Assembly (NCBI GenBank): GCA_051362555.1
Contig: CM120645.1
Span: 13,392,001 to 13,456,000 of the forward strand
Source of the DNA: Lingula anatina
Taxonomy: Eukaryota > Animalia > Brachiopoda
Direction: 5' to 3'
DNA length: 64,000 bases
Numbering within the stretch: position 1 is the first letter of the stretch; every line of letters starts with the position of its first letter. Shown piece by piece: positions 51,401-62,491 of this stretch. Position numbers and translations under genes: made by a program. The notes beneath the pieces were generated by a model. That model was not told the origin of the DNA and did not search any database. It saw nothing but the letters and a program-made list of their open reading frames with translations.

Positions 51401-54091
51401 CATAGCATGGAAGGTGTTTTCCCATCCGTAGTTTCTGCACTAATGTCAATGTTGTCGTCACCCTCATGGATAATATGTTCACCATCACAGCGTGACACAA
51501 TGTCATGTGGAATGTAGACACTATCTTGCTGCCTTTCTACTTCTAACTCAGCAATGTATGTCATTAATCCTTCTAATATCACCATAGGAGATGCAAAAAC
51601 CGTGGCTGTGAAAGGTATCTATCAAACTACAAGACCCAAAATCATTGTGCAGCAAGTCCTACTTGTAGAGGTGGAAGAACTTTGCAACAGCTGAACATAT
51701 GCATTCAGCAATAGCCAGGCATCTTCTGTGTACACCATCAGATGATGGAAACTCACTGCTCGCTGCATTAAATGCATCTAAGTTGGTTAATCCAAAAAAC
51801 AAACTTTAAAGCAAATCTGGGACAAATAGGCTTAATTTCTGAGACTAATGTCACTTGGTAAGGGTAGTATTCTGAAAGACCTTTTTTTCCTGTGTTTTCA
51901 AGATAGAAACTGCTTTGTATACATTGATTAATTGGAAGACAAGTGATCAGCATCTTCTGTCACTGTATCTTATGGATCTAGTGAGATTGATGAGCTCAGG
52001 TCTTGTATGATTCTTTGGGCAGCTTTGATAGCATCACCTAAAGAAATCTTACTACAACACATAACAGCTAGTGGACTTCCCTTGTCCGTGTTATACAGGA
52101 AAATGAAACAGCATCACCATAATGCTTTGTAGTCTCATTTTGAGCTTTTCACCTCGATAGTTGGACGCCACACTAGAAAGGAGCAGAAATCTCTACCTGT
52201 CAAGAAGGCTAGATACTAGTAGTGTAAAAGCTTTATTGTTTGCCATCAGGTCATAATCTATTTCTGCTATCAGTTGATAGACTGCAACATCATATAGATT
52301 ACCAGATTTCATCGAGGGGTGATAAGTCAGATTGGTTTTGCTAGTACTTATATACCCTGTAAGAGGAAAGACAGGATGCATGATATACAGCATCCCTTGC
52401 AATCAAATCATCTTTATCTAAGAACCTAATAAAGTTGTCACCTCATGTTACCTGCCATAGCATTTTGGCGAATCCAAATTGTTATTAACATTCTAAATGT
52501 ATGGAAAACAATCCAAGAAGCTGTGTCAGCATTTGATATACTGAAAAGAATAGATCCAATGTACGTGGATGATTTGGCATTATAATGATAATGATAAACA
52601 ATATGCATAGGAGGGTTCCTATATCCCTTTTTCAGTGTATCCATTACTAATTATGCCTAATTATTGTTTGAGTAATCAAAGCTAGTATTTGTGTTCTATT
52701 TTTTTTTTAATTTGACATTAAAAAATTAACACATAACCCCGACAATTTCATATCTTGCTGACAAAAGCTTTTTTTAAATGGAATCTGACCTGCATAAGGG
52801 GATTATGGAAAAAAAACACAACTACAAGTGAAAACAATATAGATATGATAGAGGTGTCATTGTCATTTTTCTGCTATATTTGGTACCTTATATTTATTTC
52901 CTCTTAAATATTACCATAATAAAATCTCTTTATTAAATAGAAAGTATCAAAATATTTAAAATAGTAATTTTAACATTGATAATCCACAAAGGTGCAATAC
53001 AAAAAATAAGAATGATAATTTAACATGGGCGGCCATATTGGATTTGGCTGTCATTTTGAAGTTAACTGGTAGTTTTTCTTTAATTTGGGAAACACACAGC
53101 ATTCTTCAAAGCAATGTTAGAAGAGTGATATAATTTGTTGCATGCTGTTTACTTTCATGTGAGAATTTGACTGACAGGAAGTCACCAGCATAAAATGTGT
53201 AAATAATGTCATTTCGTTTAAATGACATTTAAATTTGCATTTATCATATTAAAAAAACAATTAAATCTTATAAAACAACATCAATTCAAAGCCAAAAACT
53301 TATTTTAAATTTTGGAGGTTTTTTGTTTTTATATTGTATATGATTTTTTTTATTGTATAAATTTTGCCTTTGGAAAATGCTATTTTAGTGAATTTTAACA
53401 GGAAAATGGACGCCATCTTGAAAATGGTGGCCATTTTGAAAAGGTTGTATGAAGCATCATGTAGCATCAAGCATCTAGCACTAATATATGTGTGAGTTTG
53501 GCATTTAAAGATATTTTGTGATGATTTAGCTGAACTAAAGTCCACATCATGGAAATTTGCATTTCATGGCAGCCATTTTGAATATTTGAAAATTGACTGC
53601 TTAAACCTCTCCCAAATTTAACCAAATGCCACAATGTAATGTAATAATAACGACTTTATGTAATCCAGGCAATAAAGGTCATATGAACATTGTGGTTTTG
53701 ATTTTATATGTAAAGTTTTGGAATAAAATGAGAAAATTTGACCAATATTTCACAAACAATGGCGGCCATCTTGAAAACGGCGGCCATCTTGAAATTCTGG
53801 TATGGTGTTTTTTTTAGCCCATAACCTCCTTCATCACAAAACATGTAAAGGTTAGATGATAGACAATGTTTTAGGTATGTTTATCAATGATTAGTATTTT
53901 TAGAAAAAATGCAAAAAAACAGGCGGCCATCTTGGAAATTGTCTGTTTCCATGGTTACGCAGGCAATTGCCATTTCCACATCATGGCTAACTTTGACCAG
54001 CAGACTCTGAGCTTTCAAATGATATATAATTCAGGTCTGTGTATAAAGGGGACACTAAATCTGAAAATTTTGGCCTTCTGCCGCTCACCTA
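48486..54091 (-). mobile_element. Decayed Academ-superfamily DNA transposon (5.6 kb), TIRs over 500 bp, 4-bp TSD TCTA
   Basis: TCTA|TAGGTGAGCGGC...GCCGCTCACCTA|TCTA, with long near-identical inverted termini and AAGATGGCCGCC subterminal repeats. Minus-strand fragments carry Academ transposase motifs: DNIDISAETTDGKT (51397-51585) and QTDDQQLYAIAQQINWSFPEEF...MGGSHTLSCFIASIGK (50744-51109), plus a Cys-rich C-terminal remnant near 50.3 kb. Many stops and frameshifts. Confidence 0.85.
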
Positions 54092-54506
54092 TCTAGGGTA
54101 GAACTGAGGGTGTGCAGAATGCGCATGTGCGTAAATAAGCTCTGGAGATTGCTGTCACCATAATATGTCGTTTGACTACGCCAAACTTTTCTATTGTTAT
54201 TGCTAAAATTTAATGAGTCCATTTCAAGCTTAAGTATACTTTCTAACAAAAAATATTGTAGTCACTTAGAGTTTCAGTTATAAACATTCATGTGTAGCCT
54301 TTCCATGCAGATAGTATTTTGCCTGTTAACGAAAACAGTTGTCCGTTGTTATGATAATCTTGCATTTAATTATGTATAACTGCATGCAGCCTTCAAATTT
54401 TGTATACATGATATATGGCCATATTTTCATACATTGCTACTCACCTAACATGCTTCAATTTGTATACATTTTAGTTGGGCAGAGTACAGCAGTCGCCTGG
54501 GAATTG

Positions 54507-56070
54507 ATGGCGGGGATTCTTTTCTCGAAACGTCTATTAAAAGACGTCTTTTGTCGACGTTTTACACAGAAGGCACTTTTCATAAAAAAGGTGAGCATAC
54601 AATACACGGAGCACCATACACGAAACGTTGTTGGTGCCTGTCTAATAATCACCTTATGCAAATTAGATATGACTGAGTAATTTTAGTATTTATAATAGTA
54701 CTTGTATTTTTTAGTTTTATTTCATTGTATGTGCTTGCCTTGCGTTATTGAAAGCATATGTCCTGGTGACGTTTTTAGAACAGTATTAAATTTGCTTTGT
54801 CAAATAATTTAAATACAAGAGCTATGGTTAGATAATTAAGATAATAAATAAATGGTCAAGTAATTAAAATACGAACGGGCCGGAGGGATTGTGTTTACTC
54901 ACTGCTTTTACATGCAATTTTGAATAAAAAACAACTACAACAAAAAAGCACTCCGGAGAGCAGTCCTCCGCCTCAGCAATTCAATTTTCATTATTATTAA
55001 TTAATCGAATATTATAGTGGCATATTGATGTTTCTACGTGAAGGTCTGTGTTTGCAGTTGTCGGACGAAAATATAGCATTCCGGAATAGAGGTGAATTAG
55101 GCACGTAGCAACACCCAAGTCCACCCTGCCTGTAGTTATATTGTGACTGGCATTCCGGAATAGAGGTGAATTAGGCACGTAGCAACACCCAAGTCCACCC
55201 TGCCTGTAGTTATATTGTGACTGGCATTCCGGAATAGAGGTGAATTAGGCACGTATCAACACTCAAGTCCACCCTGCCTGTAGTTATATTGTGACTGGCA
55301 TTCCGGAATAGAGGTGAATTAGGCACGTAGCAACACTCAAGTCCACCCTGCCTGTAGTTATATTGTGACTGGCATTCCGGAATAGAGGTGAATTAGGCAC
55401 GTAGCAACACTCAAGTCCACCCTGCCTGTACTTACATTGTTGTGAGAATCTCATTATGCCTGAAGTTTGAGAATTAATTATGCTGTTAAAGGAATCGTCC
55501 TCATCCGCTTTTGCGCACCTCTGAGCTATTATTTAAACATTATTTAAACATTAAAACAGTGCTTAACTACAGGTATTCTCACAAAGGTCAGTACATGGAT
55601 GCAATGTTCATTTGTGCGTATATTCTATACACAATACCCGTAGGCAATTTCGACCCCTATATGTTCCTTTTTGTTTGTCAACAATAAAGCACAGGCGCGT
55701 ACTTCAACATCTTGTTTTTAAAAGTGTCCATTAACTGTCCACAATGGTTGACCGATTGGTGACACTGGAAGTAGCACCATGCTGTAGACACACACAAAGC
55801 GTAGCATGGTGGACATAAGTGGAACCCCACAAATATAATTTGTGCAAATTATTTGTAAATAATACATTTTGCTGACTCATTACATCATAGACTTTAGGTT
55901 GGAAAGCCTCATTGAATTTTTAATGTAATATTTTTATCCCTAAGGCCATGACATTAAATACATTCAACAATATGTTGCATTAAATCAGTTACAATGATTA
56001 GGAAAGTCACTGAAAATCCAGTTTTAATGATATGATAATATCTTTTGTCACACTTTAAAAGGCATATGAA

Positions 56071-56131
<61 letters not shown>

Positions 56132-57839
56132 GTTCATCTGTGGGATTCAAGTGTGTCTTGATCGTTATTCGGAAAATGGGTGCATTGAGGAGGATGAGTT
56201 TTGTTTTGGATGAGGGTGTCGATCCTCTCCCTGGATTCACCCATCCCTTTCTCATAACTGGCTCATACCGTTAACAGTATAAACCACTTTGATAAATAAC
56301 TGGCTATTGGCCCATAAGGCTACGTGTAGTTTCTGCATCCTGGGGCGCATTCAGAACAGATCATCCGAGGGCTAACTAATCCGCAGACTAAATATGGCGG
56401 ATCCCTCGTAAAAAACAGCGCCACTTAATCCCCTGATGGTCTCCCCGCCTCCACAAGCGCCATTAAACGAATTAATCCGACATCATGGGTTAATTGCAAG
56501 GCTCTTGCAGCGACATGTGGAGGTGGGGAAGACACCAACGAAATAGTCGGCGCTGCTTTTAAGTGGGGTCAGCCATATTGAGTCCGCGGATCTGTAAGTC
56601 CGATGATCAGTTTCTTGTTCTGAATGCCCTCTATAACAGCAAGATACCTTGTTAAATGTTGCGTTTCATAAATCCGTTGGTTATGGCTACCATGTCACTT
56701 ATTTAATGCTGCGTGACATAATACCGTGTTTTTATGGCTGTTACCCTCAATGCCTGTTAGTTTTCATGACACCAGAAGAACCTAATAATCCAACGACAGT
56801 AAAAGGTACGCACAGCAATTTTTGAGCAATATTATTGCCTTGAAAAGAAATGGCAGTTTGCAAGTGCTGCTATGGATTTCATTCCATGTATCTTCTAAAT
56901 TAGGGCAATTTTCTTTCATGTGTTATCCTTTCCATTCATTTTATTTCAGTCTCCTCACGACTACCCGGTTGTTACAGGATCGGAGCACTGGAAAAGAAAA
57001 GTCCGCACTTTTTTCAGAGCCCACGATGTAGACCGCGACGGATATCTGACCAAAAGAGATTTTGAAATGACTGCTCATCGTATTGCCGCTTTCATGAATC
57101 TTGATGGTAAATACACAAACCCTTGAAATTAATTCAATGTTATCAAATAACGAGTAGCCGAAGTAAATATTTAATTCGCTAGTGTGTTTGGAAATAACTC
57201 GCAGCAAGACCTTATAAATATCAATTACATTACAAACATTATATAATTTCACAGCAAATGATGATCGTGTGTTAGATTTAAAGATACACTGTTTTTATGC
57301 ATTTGTGAAATTACATTACGTGTTAATAACAATTATAAATGTGTGTTTAATTTAATTTTTTGTAAATAGAAATTAATCATTCCCAGTATTTCTTATATTA
57401 AAGATCTCGTTTTGCGTTTTCTATGTTTCTTTCAGACAAATCGGCACAGGATTTACTGAAAAATCGTTTGAAAATCTGGGAAGCAATTGTTCAAGGCGGG
57501 GACCCTGATAGTTCCAAGGTATCTGAGGAGGTTTATTTTTCTAATCTCCTCGCTTCCCTAAATTCCAACTTTCGCGATTTAGCTGTTGGTTTCGTAAACA
57601 ATGACTTTGATACAATGGATCTTGACGATGACGGTTTCATCTCCCCGAAGGAACACAGAGCATTTTTCTACGGCTTTGGAATTCCGACAGAGCATTCTGC
57701 GGCAGTCTTTGAGGCGTTTGATATTGACCGCGATGGTTTGATAAGCAGAGAGGAGTTCATTCAAGGCGCGGTGGATTTCACTTTTAGTGAAGATGAAAAT
57801 AGCCCTTACAATTGCTTTTTGGGGCCACTTGTGGAATAA
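54507..57839 (+). CDS. SCP-like EF-hand protein F with leader (intact)
   Basis: Exons 54507-54590 (MAGILFSKRLLKDVFCRRFTQKALFIKK), 56950-57106 and 57436-57839. Loops DVDRDGYLTKRD, DLDDDGFISPKE and DIDRDGLISREE. Ends NCFLGPLVE*. Confidence 0.9.
55076..55440. repeat. 74-bp minisatellite, about 5 copies, in SCP-F intron 1
   Basis: Unit GCATTCCGGAATAGAGGTGAATTAGGCACGTAGCAACACYCAAGTCCACCCTGCCTGTAGTTATATTGTGACTG starts at 55076, 55150, 55224, 55298 and 55372. Confidence 0.95.
56342..56630. mobile_element. Degenerate fold-back MITE in SCP-F intron 1
   Basis: GGGGCGCATTCAGAACAG...CTTGTTCTGAATGCCCT ends. Internal arms ATCCGCAGACTAAATATGGC with GCCATATTGAGTCCGCGGAT, and TCTCCCCGCCTCCACA with TGTGGAGGTGGGGAAGA. 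Shares the CTTAATCC..T.ATGGTCTC motif with the 28-kb and 33-kb hairpins. Confidence 0.75.
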
Positions 57840-58823
57840 ACTATTTTTGGGCCCTTTGCATGGTCCGTAATATTTAACCATGGAGGCCACAACACTTAAA
57901 CATAAGAGTTATTCACTAGTGTAGTTAAACAAATTGTATATTATAATATTTATATGTATATAAAATTGATTTTACGGGCATTTCTTTTCTTCCATCACCT
58001 TCATTTGAGATTAATGATTATAATGGCCATAATCATATAGCAGGCGTTTCTGGCAAAATTGGTCTACACGTACCACATCATATACAGAGGTAGAATTCTT
58101 AGTAGAAGCAATGATAGCAACAGTATGTGTATTCACTCAGAATATTAAGTGATGCTTTTTGCACCTATCAAAATGTCGATATATATCTAAAAATCTTTGA
58201 AAGTAAGAAAGAAATAAACGGAAGTAATTATATCAATGACAAACGTTACTTTGTGTCTGCAAACGTTATTAAATGATGAATTTACATGATAAGCTAAGTG
58301 AGCGTTGCTTTAGAAAGAATGAGCAACTTATTAACATATTGAAATCTTAATATTTGCAATTTAACCTATACCCAATTTAGTCGATTCTAATATGTAAATG
58401 TAAAACCCCATTGTTATTGCTTGAATAAATTACCTGTCTATGACTCTTAAGTATATTATTCCAATAAAACTAAAAAAGACGTTTGTGTAAATAATACCAA
58501 ATAAAGGTTCAAAAATATGATTCATTATAAACAGACAGGCATATCTGAAGACACGTCAAGTAGTATTGTGCCAGTTGTAACGATGATGTTTGTTCGGTGG
58601 CTTATGGTGACATTTTACATTTTATTTGTCATCGCTTATGATCTCCAAACAAATGTTGTATAAATAATAATTTAATCATTTTGCCATATTTTGCGGCCCA
58701 CCTAACAAAATGCAAGGAACAACCGTCAAAGTTTTCAATTAGAATTTTAATTGCAATGAAAGTTTGATGCTTTTTGACAATGTTTCCATACAAGTGTGCA
58801 CCGTCGCCGAGTCGCCACTCCCA

Positions 58824-59000
58824 TAGGTCCAATAGTCGAACCCTGCAATGTTCTTTCCTGTAACTTTTTTGCTGGAATGCATTCTTCAGGCCGAGAGAAC
58901 CAAAATTAGCTTGGTTGCTATTTCCGAGACATTGAGCATTTTTCAATATGGCCGTCAATTTATGAGGAAATATAGAAAACGACCAGAAGTCGCCGGGTAT
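58824..59000. mobile_element. Probable terminal fragment of another DNA transposon
   Basis: TAG-initiated block TAGGTCCAATAGTCGAACCCTGCAATG...TTCAATATGGCCGTC, resembling TAG-terminated long-TIR elements. No second end is seen. Confidence 0.3.
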
Positions 59001-60769
59001 ACTTCATTAAGTGCTTCTTTGAATGTTTATCCTATCAGGAGAGAACCAGTCCCAGTAGAGTGTGTCAACAATGACGACAGATTTGCCTGGCTACAGTGGC
59101 TGACAAAAGGATGTATTTATTCTTGATTTATTGTGCTTTTACAGAAACAATGACAAAACTTGAATGTCTCCTTTTTCTGAGCACCCACAAACACGACACA
59201 ATTTAGTGACAGCAGATAGTACTTCAAAACCCTGCCAGCGATTTTTCTTAAAAGCCTCAGTTCAGATTTTATCGTAAGTAAAGCAAAATTATACCCTTTA
59301 AATGAAAATCTGTAATTAGGTGCTCACAACTTCCTTACAATAATATTTAAACCAACAAGACGGCACGAGATTGAAGCCGATACATTTGCCGTCATGCACC
59401 TCTGCCAATCTTTGAGATGACATTTTGTGCAGGGATAGATTTGCAACCCATACCGAATGCTATCTCACCTCAAAACAGAAAGGTTGCATTTGACTATAAA
59501 CGCCCCCAGGTGCTTATGCTTAGCAACGATATTTTATACTTCTAAGGGGCGTTTATTGTTTTTAATCAGCGTCTTTTTTTAATCTGCATTATTGAGAAAT
59601 TAAATGCAGATTTAACATTTTTCAATATTTTGATGGTCATAAAACCTGTCAGTACCCGTAAGAACACAATTACCAAGATGTGTAACCATTAAAGAAAATA
59701 TTAAAAGAGATTTGGATTACAGTAAACATAATAGGCAAGACATTTGCTTGTCCAGACCTGTTGGCAATTCGCCACTGTCCAACAATCTCTCCTCCATCTT
59801 TCCATTATCCAGGGTCACGGGATCTGAACGTCCCGGTAGGACCCGTAAATATAGTGTAAATGATCATGTACAGCGACATGGGTACGGTGTTGTAATTAAC
59901 CTTTTATTCATCCTGATTAAAATACTGGGTGTTGATCTTTACGCGAGATGGAGCAGATAATTGCCTCAGCTTATCCTTCGGACGTTAATGATTGCATCTG
60001 TAGGCATGCAAAGATGGGCATCAGCAGCAAGGGTACAGAATGCCAAGTGTATTGCAAAGTATACTCACCTATCTCCACCAAGGGCAATATGAACATGTAA
60101 TGTGAATTGCTGTCTGTTTCTATGGGCCGTATTAATTTGACCCATAATAGTTTATTTTGAAATTTGTACACAGAACACATCATACACTTAGTCTGTAAGG
60201 TGTTTCTCGATATCGTTTCAAACCATTTCCGTTTTCGCCAGTGTACCTTCTGTTTGTATATTATGCTAAAATAAGTTAATACAATTGAAGGGAGTTAACC
60301 ACACGAAATGTGCCAAATATTTGCGAGCCGTCAGTAAAAAGCATAACTCGTGTCCTTTGGGAAAAATTCATCCCTTTTAACCAATAGGAAGCCCTATGGT
60401 GTCAGTAATAAGGCTTCCGGGTAATTTGACCTTGGCGTTTTTGAGGGGCTTGGCTTGGTTGTGTACCAGTACTCACTAGCTCTTCTTGCTTCCCTATGAT
60501 AGTAACGGCCTAGTTCACAAGAGAGTAGTCGTCAATTTGACTGCTCCTATTGGCTGGCCAATCTAAATGTTCAAATCATGGCATATTGGCAAGGAATATG
60601 AAGTTAACGGACCCAAAAGCAATTATTTTGTGACATTTGGAGTTCATAACACTCCCAATATTCTACACTCGCAAAATGGAGGAGCATGCATACTCACTTT
60701 TAAACGCATTTTCTGGTCAGATCTTAGGGACTAACTTCATTATCTTGATTTGAAAAGTGTCCAGGCACT

Positions 60770-60950
60770 GACCACGGTCACCATTGTTGTGCTGTCGCAG
60801 AGGTCGCTTGCCTGTGACACTGGTTGTCACACAACACTGCAGACAGTGACCACTGCATATAAGGAGTTGCGCGCTGGACATCTGTGTGAAACAAACGGGC
60901 GTCAACCATATACGTACTCATACCTTGGTCAAAAGCACCGTAGGCAAGAG
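60770..60950 (+). promoter_or_regulatory. Promoter and non-coding exon 0 of SCP-G
   Basis: CATATAA at ~60856-60862 and donor GAG|GTAAGT at 60950/60951. Paralogous to 47955-48138. Confidence 0.65.
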
Positions 60951-62088
60951 GTAAGTCGAATCTTTCACTGTACGCATATATTATGAAGTGGAATATCTTT
61001 CAAATACTAGTAAGTTATATGCGTCCTTTGTGTTGTGTTCGTGCATTTTCCTACCTTCACCCGGTGTGCTCTCCCTGCTTGGAAATTACGGTAAGTACTG
61101 CGCACACCAGGTGGAGAGCCCTGCGACTTCCCTGCCTGATCACGGTGAGAAGAACTCAACCACAGCTACCGTGCAGATGTGTACGGTAGGCCTACCAAAG
61201 ACGAAAAATAATCAGAACTGAGACACAATGCTCAGTGACAGGGGGTGGAAACGCGCTACTTATATGATAATAACCGTCAGCACCGGATATTAGTTTGTGA
61301 CCTTGAGGGGCAATTAGGCTTGGTCTTTGCGGCACGCGCGAACAGTAGTCGATCTACCACACCTGGGTCTTTTGTTTTTGACAACTGTTCACTCGTCAAC
61401 GCGGTGCTTGTTCTAGACTACAGACTGATATCTACTAGTACTACCAGTGGCTTCATTAGTAACGTTCCCACAATACATGGTTTTCTGTCTTTGCGTACAT
61501 ACCCTGAATTCGGTTAGCCTCACTGACGAGAACAATGGACGTTTCTTACCCCTCTCTAGGATTACCCCTGACAGTGATCTACAATCTCACTCCGTTAGAA
61601 CCGTAGAACCAGTGAATACTTTATTTGAAAGAAGGGGTGACTCTACATGTATATACTGAAGTTAAACAGTTTCTAATTTCACCTGCACTGCACTGAAATC
61701 AATCCCAGTCTTCGGCGGTAAATGTAGTTTTTGCTCAAATTAAACGTGTCTATTTGAAGCGTTTCTACTTTCAAACAGAAAACTTAAAATGGTATGTTTA
61801 AGTAAATCGCGGATGCAGTGTAGTTACTTAGAACTCCAGGTATAAACACACATTTGCAGCCTGTCCATGCAGGTACATGTAGTATTTTGTTACGATAACG
61901 ATTTTTGTTATGATAAATTATGATAACCTTGCTTGAAATTGTGTGCAACTTCAGGCAACCTTCCATCCAAACGTCGTATACAAAATATTAAACCATTTTC
62001 GTACTGTTCTTTTAACAGAAATACAGACGATTTCATGCTTCAATCTGTATACATTGTAGTTGAGCAGAGGACAGCAGGAGCTGCACTG

Positions 62089-62455
62089 ATGGCGGGGATT
62101 CTTTTCTCGAAACGTCTATTAAAAGACGTATTTTCTGGGCGTTACACACAGAAGGCACTTTTCGTGAAAATGGTGAGTTATTGTACACAATACATGTAGC
62201 CCCACAGAAATAGATAGGTGTATATATAGATGCAATGCACTCAGGCGTATATTCTATACACCATATTGGTAGGCAATTTCTCCCCAAAATGCTCCTTTTT
62301 GTTTTTAACCAATAAAGCTCAGACACGTACTGTCATGTTGTTTTTAAAAGTGTTCACTAAGTGACGTAACCTCGATGGCCATGACCATTAACTTAGTGAC
62401 ACGTGAAAGCACACTATGCACACTATAGGCACACACAAATAACCACTTTGATAAA

Positions 62456-62491
<36 letters not shown>

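Noticed and set aside
48464-54096. Mirror-image ORF pairs (48464- with 53887+, and 48728- with 53626+)
   Set aside because: They result from the transposon's long terminal inverted repeats and are not genes.
55076-55440. CRISPR-like regular repeat
   Set aside because: The units are head-to-tail with no unique spacers, there are no cas genes, and the context is a eukaryotic intron. It is a minisatellite.
31585-57839. Calling the EF-hand genes photoproteins (aequorin/obelin)
   Set aside because: Only the fold-level pattern is shared. I cannot identify the photoprotein His/Trp/Tyr triads by eye, and the FLGPL end is SCP-like. Kept only as a ligand-pocket hypothesis.
33647-57890. Recurrent minus-strand ORFs (33647, 33675, 41177, 41325, 57579) that look like a conserved family
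   Set aside because: They are antisense shadows of SCP exon 3. Their similarity comes from the sense-strand paralogy.
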